A DNA stretch of 63,808 nucleotides, counting the filler, from Reticulomyxa filosa (lineage: Eukaryota > Protista > Foraminifera): the NCBI GenBank assembly GCA_000512085.1. It is 18 parts of 18 records of this genome, joined end to end, with 100 filler letters (N's around TTAATTAATTAA, not from the genome) between each part and the next. Parts side by side here need not be neighbours in the genome. Positions count along the whole stretch, not along the records: positions 11,817 to 18,275 come from ASPP01021054.1; positions 18,376 to 21,606 come from ASPP01002086.1; positions 21,707 to 23,132 come from ASPP01012221.1; positions 23,233 to 24,659 come from ASPP01016188.1; positions 24,760 to 31,422 come from ASPP01020414.1; 13 more parts are not named here. The stretch is one strand, 5' to 3'. Below, piece after piece: positions 12,343 through 27,731 of this stretch. A program made the position numbers and the translations under genes. The notes beneath the pieces were generated by a model, which searched no databases, was not told the DNA's origin, and saw only the letters and a program-made list of their open reading frames with translations. How positions within the stretch are numbered: position 1 is the stretch's first letter; each line of letters starts with the position of its first letter.

Positions 12343-13353
12343 TTTTTTCACCCAATGTGCACAACTTCTCACGGTTGATGATGTTCTTTCCCACGAGCCT
12401 CGTTTCCTTTTTGAATCGACTTTCTTTTGTGCGGAAACTCGTCACTTTTGGAATATTTTTCCCTTGATAAAAACGCTTTTCGGGTAGAATTATTGGATTG
12501 CCAATATAATTCCGAATAACAACAAAGTTTGTATGTGTTTGCACGCGCACGAGATGGCATAAAAAATCAATCCTCCCCTTCAAGAGGGGAAAACACCTGT
12601 GTTTTTTTTACTTCCCCTCTTCTTTGTCGATTGTCTGGTCAGCAGAAAAAAAAAGAAATTCAATTTGTAGAATCGAAAACTATTGCAATTTCTTGATTTC
12701 TTAAACTTTTTTGAGCAGAAATAAAGATTCACATTGGACGTGGATTATCCCATATTGTATTTTGTTTTTCTTTTAAATGTTTCCATGGTTTTGTTCACCT
12801 TTTTGTTATTAAGAGAGTTTTTGCTCTCAAAAAAACTTCTCTTTCCGTGGTTTGTAAAACTAAAAAAATGTCACTTGAGAACTTGAAAGTTCCAGAAATA
12901 ATAAAGGAGATCAGATAATTAAACTAGCCGGTAAAAGGGTAAAGTACAAAAAAATATACGTTTTATAATGCATAGACACTTTTTTGGAAATGAACACGAA
13001 AAACATTGAAAGGTAGTTACTTCAGCGGTTAAAAATGTAACATATTTTTAATTTTTAGAAAATATGTAATGTTTGGAAGCTGCGCGATTGTAGGATGTTA
13101 TTTTCTTAAAACGCTTTAATAGATATTTCTTAGTTATAAACAAAAGAAATCAAACTAATAAACAAAACAAGACAACTTCATAATTTTTCTATTTAACTAT
13201 ATCTGTAACTGAGCAAAAAGAAAAAGGCCATTTTTAAACTTTTTATCTTTTCACTTCTTCATATATGTTTCTTTTTTATGTGTACATGTCTCTTTTCCTT
13301 GTCTTTTTCAAACAAGACATTTTTTTTTTTTTTTAAAACTGACCCAATTAATT

Positions 13354-14741
13354 TTATTTTCCCTCGCCCTCTCCTTCACCTTCGTTTTGTGGTTTTTCAT
13401 CTGCATTATATTTTTCGTTTAGCGCCTGTACTTTCTTAGTGGTCCATCCCAAAGCAGCTTTACCAGCCCTGCTGCTCCATTGGGCTGCCTTACTGGCCGC
13501 TGTAGTGGCCGCTGTGGTATCATTAGCATCGCCTTGCGAAGGTGTAGCGTCAGTTGTTCCAGAGGCGGGAGCAGAGTCGTTAGTATCAGAAGAAGAAGAA
13601 GAAGAAGAAGTAGTAACAGGATACTGATCGTCTGCTTTTGCGACTCCCTCATTTTCGCTTTTCATCTTCTCAGTCCAATTTTCCAGTTTCCCTGTAGTCC
13701 ACTGCAACACTTGTTGGCCAATTCCTTGTCCATTTTCATTTTCGCGGGTTTTTTCTTCAATATTCTTTTTTTTGTTTTGGTTTATTTTTTGGAATTTTCT
13801 TTTTCTTTTTATACGTAAAAAACAGTCGGCAAAAAAAAAAAAAAACAAAACCCACCCATTTTTCGCAACAAATAAAATTTTTAAAAAAAAAAACAAAAAC
13901 AAAACAGCATTTTGTGCGGTGTTGTTGTCGACAACAGCAATACCAGGCGCAGAAGGGGGTGGATTGGAGTAGTACACAAGAGGCTGCTGATCTTGAGACA
14001 AAGTTTGGAATTGATATTGAGGCTGAGGCTGATACTGAGGTTGAGGTTGAGGTTGAGGTTGATACTGAGGTTGAGGTTGAGGTTGATACTGAGGTTGAGG
14101 TTGAGGTTGAGGTTGATATTGGGGTTGAAGTTGGTATTGAGGTTGATATTGGGGTTGTGGTATGGCGACAGGAGCAGCAGGATTTATATTTTGGTTATAC
14201 GTACCAGCGATAAGTGGTACGGCCACTACGATGTTGTTGTTGATAGTAGTGTTATTAACATTCACATTGTCGACATTGTTTCTGTTAGCCTCATCGTACG
14301 CAATGGTGGCTTTATCAATGACATCCACAACAGCCCAAGCGGTGGAGCCTGAATTGTAATGATCAATGGCGGTAGAACACCAGCACCAAATGAACGCAAA
14401 ATAGCAAGCGAAGCAGACCCAGCAGCAAGGAATGCACCAAAGGCTAACTCCGCAACAAGTAAAGTTTTCCGTGTCGACACATCTGGAAAACCAGAAAAGG
14501 AGGAAAAGGGTGACACCAACACTGAAGTAAACAATCAACATAATGCCAAGCAATGTCAAACCAGCTCGGTTGCACTCCTTTCCATACGAAATTGCATACG
14601 ATCCGCTTATCCCTATCACTATCAGCACAAACAAGTATACCGTAAATACGATGTCTTTCATACAAAGTTCTTGCACTTGCGAATTTTGGTTCATTGGTTT
14701 TTGAGGATTTGTGTTATTGTTATCATTGTTAATAATAATCA

Positions 14742-14787
<46 letters not shown>

Positions 14788-15198
14788 GGGAATGCCATTG
14801 TTTGCATTACTTGTGGCATTATTTTGGGAATTGATGCCAAGGGCCCGGATTACGTATACAGCAAAAGCAATGTTAAGTAGTGCGGCAATAATAGCGCAAA
14901 TTTCCACGAGTTCAACTTCACTTGCATCTTTATTGCACGTCGATGATGGCTCTCCTTGTATCAGGTCCACTATGCCAGATCCAATTCCCACGATATTCAG
15001 TATCATGCCCAACAAGAGAAATGTGCCCAAAGGTCTTCCGCTTTGACATTCTTGACACATGAAACCAGACAACGTGCAACCGCAGTACCTTGCCGCCAGG
15101 GGGCCGTCACAACAGCAAATGCAGAACACAACATTAAAGAAAGCTTCAATGCATAAGCAACATTCACATAAGGACCTCAAACATGATTTTTCCTGCAT
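13354..15198 (-). CDS. Cys-rich multi-pass membrane protein with poly-N, QPQY repeats and low-complexity tail
   Basis: 614-aa ORF with 4-5 hydrophobic segments and Cys clusters. Probably contains an in-frame 141-nt intron at 13765-13905. Confidence 0.8.
14015..14160 (-). repeat. Coding tandem repeat (CAACCT)n/CAGTAT encoding QPQPQY
   Basis: TTGAGG and GATACTGAGG units on the + strand. Confidence 0.9.
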
Positions 15199-15885
15199 GA
15201 CAGTGTTCCTGTTTTTTTTCTTGTATTTGATTTACCGAGCTTTTTTCTTCTCTCCCCTCTGACCTACCAGAGTTTGGCACCACTAACTGTAACATCAACA
15301 ATTCCTGGAAGAGTTGTAATTCTTGACAACTTTTATTACCACCTTCTTTCTTATCTCAGTGTACAATCGCTTCATGGCGTGGAACAATCATTCAATTAGA
15401 GATAATAAGAGTTGTCTGAGTTATTTTTTCAAACTTTTTTCAAAAACATTGTTTCAAACGTCAGTATTTATTTCCTTGTTTATTTTGAACATTTCCCCCA
15501 ATGCATAGTTTTCGAAAAAAACCCAGTTTCAGTTTTGGCCAAGGTAAATTTTTAACAATTGTTTATTCTCTGCAGTTCTCTCGCAAGTGTGGTTAACATC
15601 ATTGTCGTTTGCTTTATTTTCTCAAAGAAAATTCCATTGTCTGGTAGCTCAAAAAAAATTTTTGCAAAGCAAATGAGAAGAATTATGAAACTTCACCCCA
15701 ACCTTTGAACGGCGAATTATTTTTCACCTTTTTCTTGAAAGCGACTTTGTGCAAAGCTACGAACGCTTTGTTTCATATTTTTGTTTAAATTTATAACGTT
15801 TAAAACGACATTTTTGAAGAGAGCTGCTCATTTACTTTTGCGTGAAAGAGTTAGCAAAGAGGAAAAGAAAAAAACAATCGGAATT

Positions 15886-18273
<2,388 letters not shown>

Positions 18274-18375
18274 TANNNNNNNNNNNNNNNNNNNNNNNNN
18301 NNNNNNNNNNNNNNNNNNNTTAATTAATTAANNNNNNNNNNNNNNNNNNNNNNNNNNNNNNNNNNNNNNNNNNNN

Positions 18376-20640
18376 ACAACTATTTATTTCAGAAATGTCA
18401 TACATTATGTGCAGATTTGGAAAAAATATTCGAAGATGTGGAAAAAAATTTAGAAATATTTGGATTCAAAAAAGGATATGATGGTAATTGGTATTGTCAA
18501 TATAATCATATTCAGTTATTACATCAATGGAAATGTTATCAAGCATGGATCAATCAACAGCCCAGGTATGTGTTTATTTTGTTGTTAATAAAACAAATTA
18601 TATAAATATAGTCAACCATTTTAAATAGATATAAAACAAAATATGGTATTCCAAGAAGAGTGTGTATGTTATCGAATGGAAAATGGAAAGATTATGAAAG
18701 TGCATTTGATTATGAACATCGAACAATAATGTTATTTGATCAAAAAAAATTAAAAATAAAATCATTACAACTTGGAAATCCAAACAAATCGTCATTGGAA
18801 TTCAATGTGAGTATTCAATATTATAATGACATTGATATTCATCAAACACATACCAAATGGGCTTGTTTCATTCTCAATCATACTTGGCACTTCCGCACAA
18901 TTGATTGGCAAGATGGAGATGGTTTAGCAAATTTTGTATCAGTTAATAAAAAGCAAAAACATATATATATCTTTATCAATTGTTAATTATTTGTTAATTA
19001 TCAAGTTGTTAAATTGTTATACTTACATTTCAAACACACAGGAGTTCAACTCTTTCCATGTCATTTGGAAAGATCGCTCAAATTATACACATAAAGAACC
19101 ATTGAATCCATATTCAATCACTTTCAAACAAGGAATACAACATATAAAACATAATTTACAAATTAGAAGTCATTTTATTTCTGGAAAAGATGAATTAATA
19201 CTATTTGAATGTAAATTTGACAAATGGAAGCCAGCAATATCGTCAAAAATGAATAACTCTGATGTATTATTACACGATATTTACAAACATCTTCCTCATT
19301 ATCCAATTATCCAAGTGCATTGGGAAATATTTGCAATATTCATGGTATCATACAAGTGCACAACTGATACAAAGAGAAGCAATTTACCAAAAAATAAGGA
19401 CTTAGGTATTGAACTTATCCTATCAAATCAAAAAATTAAATTCAATCCATTATTGTATGAATGCGATTTGCATAAAATGAAAATTATTAAGGATACAGTA
19501 GATGTAAAATTGACAAGAAACAACGAGTTGCAGAAATTGTTCCATGAAATAATAAGAAATGGTTATTTGTGTGATTTAATCACATCTCAATATACAAATA
19601 AAATTAAAAAACAACTTTATAATAAGTTCAAAAAACAAATTAATTATAATGAAAACAATCCAAATGAATTGATATTAAATGATAAAATATTAACAATATT
19701 AAATGAATTGAAGATATTGTTTCATGACGATATTCATAAACACATGGGATATCCACTTCAATTATGGCATATTTGTGCAATTTTATTGTATTGTAGTAAA
19801 TCATGTAATGTTCAATTCAGTTATGATCAAATACAATTTAGACACCAGAAATGGCCTTATTTAGATTCGTATTTGAGAGAAGCTATAGATATTTTACATT
19901 TCCATGAAAGAAGAGAAGAAAGTGAAATGGAATTCTATTGTGGATTGAAAAATGTGAGATTGGAGAATATTAAAGAAATAAAAGAAGGATTTTTCATAAG
20001 TCACGTAAGTACTTCTGATGATATTCAAATTGCACAAATGTATAGAAGTGATCAAGGATGTATTTTACATTTTCATTCCTCTATGAGAAGATCACCTCGT
20101 ATTAGTAGTTGTGATGTGTCCTGGATATCTATATTTAAACATGAACGTGAAATTTTGTTTGCAAGACCAACGATAGCTTCTGCGTTAGATGAGAAAATAC
20201 ATAAAGAACAGTACGCATGGAATGCAAAAATAGAGAGCGAAGATGAATATACACAAACGATATTATTGACATGGGTTTTATATGATCAGTATATCCAACA
20301 AATTATGGCAATAAGTGCAATGTGGAGGTGGAGTCATTCTATTGATTTAAATCTAATCTATGTTGCGCTTGCGTATAATTGTGAAGGCGATATCAATCAA
20401 ACCTTTGAATTATTATTTGAATTTGAACAATGGAAATTCCAAGATAAAAATAAACAAAAATACAAAAAAAAGATAAATAAGTTTGTTAAAAAACGTTGTT
20501 GCAATCATAATATTAATTTATTTTGCATGTATCTTTCAGAAAAATACAAAGGACGAACTGCTGTTGGACATGCAAAAACATGTACTGTTTACAATGGCTT
20601 GCCATTTGTTAAAAAGGACCAAAAAAAATTAATAAAATAA
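18376..20640 (+). CDS. Protein with an ADP-ribosyltransferase (ARTC, R-S-E type)-like domain and a C-terminal UBA-like helical segment; 5'-partial, 3 exons
   Basis: Exons approx. 18376-18565, 18629-18935 and 19042-20640. Motifs YCG (19936), STS (20008-20016) and HEREILF (20140-20160), followed by LIYVALAYNCEGDINQTFELL. Confidence 0.72.
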
Positions 20641-22407
20641 ATTGTTTTATTAATGGTAATATTAATTGCGTTCACTTATCACCTGATGATTCAAAATTAG
20701 ATAAAACAATTCGATTATGGGTAGTGATAATGGTAAAATTATCGATGTAGTTGAAATTAGTGTGGTGGATTATGTTTGAAAAGTAGGCCACTCAAAGTGG
20801 TTTATCAATGAAAGTAAGTATTTGGAAAAACTTAAAGGGTTTGGAAGATGAACAAAAAATGCTTGTGAAATAACGTAGTGGAATATTTGTTTTTTTTTTA
20901 CTTGTGTGAGTAGAATTTATTTTTTAACTATTATCTATTTCTTATTGTTTTTGCATAGTATCAAACACGATCACACACCATCTTTACTTATTGAGGCAGA
21001 CAACAAATTGGGGTAGTTCTTTTGAAATAAAAACACTTTTGTCAATACTTTCACTTAAAAAAAAGGTGCTAATCTCAAGCATGAATTGAACTTCTGGTTG
21101 AACCATAACATAAATTTAGCTTTTGTTCACTGTTATTCACTTTCTTTTTCAATTTTATAAATTTAAGATATGTTACTACATTCATTATACAGAGAATGCA
21201 AAAGCAAGTTGATACCTAAAACGGCCCTTATATGGACGATTGATTTTCTTCATAAAAAAACGACATACAGACTTAATTTTTAAAAAATTATATCTGAATA
21301 TTGTTTTTTCATGAAGAAAATCAATCATCTCTAAAAGGTGCCGTTTTAGTTGTCAACTTTACTTTGCATTCTACTGTAATTTGTTTACATAGACCAAGTA
21401 GTTACAATTGCATTCGTGAAATGAAAATTTGCAACAAATTGCATATATACCTAAAAAATATGAAAAAAAAGATTAGACATGAAAGTTTACTTTTTTATGT
21501 TCAAAAAAATGCGTATAAAAACATTGTTTAATGATTTTTCCAAGTGCAAAAGTATGCTATCGAACAAAGTGAGCTGTTTTTTTGTTAAAATTAAAACAAA
21601 GAAATTNNNNNNNNNNNNNNNNNNNNNNNNNNNNNNNNNNNNNNNNNNNNTTAATTAATTAANNNNNNNNNNNNNNNNNNNNNNNNNNNNNNNNNNNNNN
21701 NNNNNNGAATGATTTATACATAGAGTTATCTCAAATCACTTGCAAACCAAAACCAGGAAAGTAACTTTCGAAAATGCTCTACTGTCAAATTTGTTTTTTC
21801 CTTTTTTTTTTTTCTTTGTTTGTGGTGACAAACTTGTTTGAGGGCTAGGCTTTTTTTTTTTGTGCATCGCGATGTGTAATTTTCCTCCCACACACATAAT
21901 CGTACAATTGGCGACAACCAATATTAAAAACTTTTGTTTTGTTTTGTTTTTTCCGAGACTTTGTTCAAAAATTTTTCGACCATTCTCAATCAACATATAC
22001 TATTAATTCCACTGTGTGAATTATTTTAAAAATCATTAAGGACAATATTTCGTGTTATGTAAATTATTTTTATTTTGAATAGGGCGTGACTATGGTCTAA
22101 TTTTATGACTCAAGAAAGACATCCCGACGTAACCATGCACCCCATCATTTTAAATCCGAGAGCTGACAATAAAGCACACGTTGTGATACTATTTGCTCAT
22201 AGAAATAAGTTCTTTTGACTATAAAATTAAAAGGTTTTTTTCTTTGGCAGATTCATTAGGATTAAAATCAGAACTTTATTTGTTCATTCAAAAATTTACG
22301 CGAAAAACCGTTTGTAATGTTTTCGGAACACTTTAAATGGTTTGTTTTTGTTTTTGTTTTTTTTTTGACTTATTTAATAAAACACGCACACATTAACAAA
22401 ACAATGG

Positions 22408-23132
22408 CTATGCCTTCACCAAACACGCCCCAAACAGGCGGCACAAACTAGTACCATCAACCTTGAAATCTTTTTTCATAAGGTCCAAAACTGGACGAGA
22501 ATTTTTTATACCATATTGGCACTCGCTAACATAGCTTTGCATTGTGTTCAAATTGATATTCGCAGATTTCGCACCACGAGCAATGTGTTCATCATTAATT
22601 TTGTCTCGCCATGCAGCGTCAGTGCTATTGTGCAAGTGTTTATAATAATCGGCAAACGCAGCCGACAGACCAATCAAGGGTTTATTTTTTTTAATTTGAC
22701 CAGCGACATTTGGCCTAATAAATCGATACGGTGCCATGATATACTCTTCTTTTGTTTTCATCATTTGGTCAAACCAACTTTTGTCGCCCTCGGCTGGTGC
22801 TTTCAAAGTAAGGCCCACTCTTGGGGACACATAAAACCCCTGTGTGTTGCTTTCTTCATTTGCTTCCGATCCTGCTTTGGCCTTGTCCTTTCCTCTCACT
22901 TTTTTGGGAGAGACATCTTGGATTGGATAGTTTCTGGCCAATTCCAAGCGAATAAACTCATTCTTCGGATCAAAGCAATCCATGCTAAAGTTACGTGCAT
23001 TTACCAAATCATTGATACTCTCCTTCTTTGTTACTTGCAGAATGCGGTCAACACATTTGCAAGGACCTTCGATTAACTCTTCCGGAACATAAGGGACAGT
23101 ACTTTTATCTTTATTCGGACTTTTTCCCCCCC
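22408..23132 (-). CDS. 3-methyladenine DNA glycosylase (MPG/AAG)-like protein; 5'-partial
   Basis: Frame is open to the contig end. IEGPCKCVDRIL (compare AAG GPGKLC), SPRVGL and PYRF match the AAG C-terminal motif order. Confidence 0.55.
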
Positions 23133-23232
23133 NNNNNNNNNNNNNNNNNNNNNNNNNNNNNNNNNNNNNNNNNNNNTTAATTAATTAANNNNNNNNNNNN
23201 NNNNNNNNNNNNNNNNNNNNNNNNNNNNNNNN

Positions 23233-24659
<1,427 letters not shown>

Positions 24660-24759
24660 NNNNNNNNNNNNNNNNNNNNNNNNNNNNNNNNNNNNNNNNN
24701 NNNTTAATTAATTAANNNNNNNNNNNNNNNNNNNNNNNNNNNNNNNNNNNNNNNNNNNN

Positions 24760-24794
<35 letters not shown>

Positions 24795-24873
24795 AAAAGA
24801 AAATGTAATTTGTGATATTTTCTTCTCTTCCCCTCCCCTCCTTTTTTTTTTTTTTGAAAAAAAATTTTTATAC

Positions 24874-26896
24874 TCAATTTTTGCCCAACTTAAGAAAGTT
24901 CGTCATAGAAAAAGAAGAAGATTCTTTGGTGGTTTGTGGTCGCTGTTGGGAAGACTTTTGTTTATTGGAACGAGTGTCATTGTCCGGAGTGACTTGAGTC
25001 AATGAGTACGTAGTCTGCGAATGCGGTCTGACAGAGGAGGCGAGCTCTTCGGAATGGGGCGGAGGGGTGGTAGGTCTTCGTGGGTCCGAGGATTCCATCG
25101 GCAGATATTTTTTACTTTGTCCAGCATCAAACGTGGCAACACTGTTGGACGCATGGAAACGGGGATGAGAATAAGGTTGAGACTGAGGTTGAGGCTGAGG
25201 TTGAGGTTGAGGTTGAGGATAAGGATAAGGATTTCTTCTCTGTTGTTGTTGTGCCATGTTGTTGGCAATATCCTGACTGTCGATTGGATCGTTCCATTGA
25301 TGAAGCCGTTCTGTAGCGCCAGTGGCGGCGTCATCATCGTCATCTTCCCCCAATCCCGTCCACATGTGACGATGATCGGCGGCGGGAGATTGGTCCTCCT
25401 TGACATTGGCCTCATCAGAATAGTGATAAGAGCGGTTGGATGATGGGGTATTGGCATACCACAGATCGTTTGGCAGCGACTGTTCCCGGAATATCATGGA
25501 TTGGTGATGACGTATGGGATCTTTTTTCGAATGTGCGAGATTGCGGCCATTCGTGCCGGGTGCACCTGCGCTAGTCATTACATTGGTATTGGTATTGGTA
25601 TTAATATTAGTATTAGTATTAGTATTAGTATTAGTATTAGTATTAGTATTAGTATTGACATTGGTGTTGGTTGAAGGAATACCAGCAGCATAATTACCAG
25701 GAGTAATCGAAGATCCAATATCCAACACATTCTTCATCGTCGCGGCACGCTTGACGTGCTGCATATGGACAGCTCGATGTTTGTCCGAAGAGGAGGACGA
25801 GGAGACAGGAGCGTTTGTCGAGACAAGTGCGTTGATATTGACAAGAGAGGAGTGATGTCGATGGAAGGTCGAGTTGGGAAGGGGCGTATTGAAGTGCAGC
25901 TTTTCAAACTTTTTGCTGGCGTCGGATGGAAACAGCTCTTTATCCAAGTGGTGAAGAGCGGCGAACATGACATGTTTCAACATTTTTTCCTGTTGCAAAA
26001 AGCCGAACAGACGCAAGCAACACTCGCTAATGTGCTGCTTGCCCATCACCCACAAACTGGCCTCTGGCAAAAGCACGTGCAGCGAGGCCATCAGAGATCT
26101 CGCCTCTTCACGTGCTCGCAACTTCTCTTGGATGGAAATGGGTTGCGTTTGCGACTTGAACAGCTCGCCATTGGGCCACACGCAAGTCAAAATCCAGTTG
26201 AGCACGCTCGCAATGCTGTCGTCGCGCTCCCAGTTGCTCATTTGCTGATGGATCATTTTGGTAATGTAGCCATCGAAAAACCAACGCACTAAAAAGTTGG
26301 CCACGATTTGGACACTGGTGCCTGCCCAACTACGCTGCTTCAAGTTCAGAAAGATTTCGATCATGTGAATCACCTCTTCCGCCAATTGCGCGTACCTTTC
26401 CATAAAAACGAGTTGCGCATATCCGTCTCGGCGGCATCGTTTTTCAAATATTCGCTGGACAATTTTTTCGATTTGCCCTTTCCTTTGCCTTTGCCTTTGT
26501 CTTTGTCCTTGTCTTTATCTTTGCTTTTTTCCTTGTCTTTGTCTTTGTCCTTGTCTTTATCTTTGTCTTTCCCTCTTTTTTCCTTTTCCTCTTCCATGTC
26601 CAATGAAAGATCATTTTCATTGTGACGTACTCTTCTCTTATTCTTAGTGGCTAGCGCCGGCACGCTCAAAAACGAACACAAAGGCATCACCGGAGCCATC
26701 AGCACCTCATCGTCTTCGACTTGCGAAGTCATCCAAATCGAGTCGTCCGACGCGAGCCCTTTCGACAAGTGCGGCGATAGGTCATAGCGATGGATCGGTT
26801 CGCAACTTGGAAATGAGTACCGTCTTGGTCGCCATCGTTGTCCTTTTTCATCCTTTGCTGGTTTGAGTTTTTTTTGGGTTTGGGGACTGATTTTTG

Positions 26897-26962
<66 letters not shown>

Positions 26963-27618
26963 GTTATTATTATTATTGGTAGTCTGCTTTTGATTCAATG
27001 AGTTCGAGTTGAATCCATCACTGAACCGATGAGACAACAACAAGCTCAAGCCACTTGGATTTTGATGTGCCCCTGTGGTGTCATCGTCCCCTTTTTGATT
27101 GGGGACAATCTTCCGAACGTCAGCAGCATCGTCCGTGTCGCTTTGACTGATGTCACTTTCGCTGTCATTATGATGATCGTCATCACCTCCACTGCCACTG
27201 CCACTGCCACTGCCAGCTCCACCTCCTGCACTTTGCGCTTGTGCGTGATGGTCCGTGTCGTCGCCCGTCGAATGGGTGATGGCAATTTTCTCCTCGCCTT
27301 CCAGTTCATGAGGAGGACGTAGTCCTTGTCGTGTATGTGCGGATGGACATCCAAGCTGGCGCTGGGCGGGAGGAAGGAGGCTTTTTCGGCGGCGGCGGCG
27401 GCGGCGGCGGCGTCCATGTCGATGCTGGAGGGTTCATCTTTTTCTTTTTTCCTCGGTCGCACGCCCTCTTTGCTCTCTTCGTTGGCATCCACCTCGCCGT
27501 CGTAGTCATCCTCTGTCTGCGTTGCTCCGTCGTCGTCGTCACTGTTAGCAATCACATCACTGCCATCGCCTCGATTGCTATCGCTGGCATTAGCATGTTC
27601 ATAATCTCCTTCCACATT

Positions 27619-27650
<32 letters not shown>

Positions 27651-27696
27651 CATCACTATCATCGTCGTCGTCTTCGTCGTCGTTGTCATCATCGTT

Positions 27697-27731
<35 letters not shown>

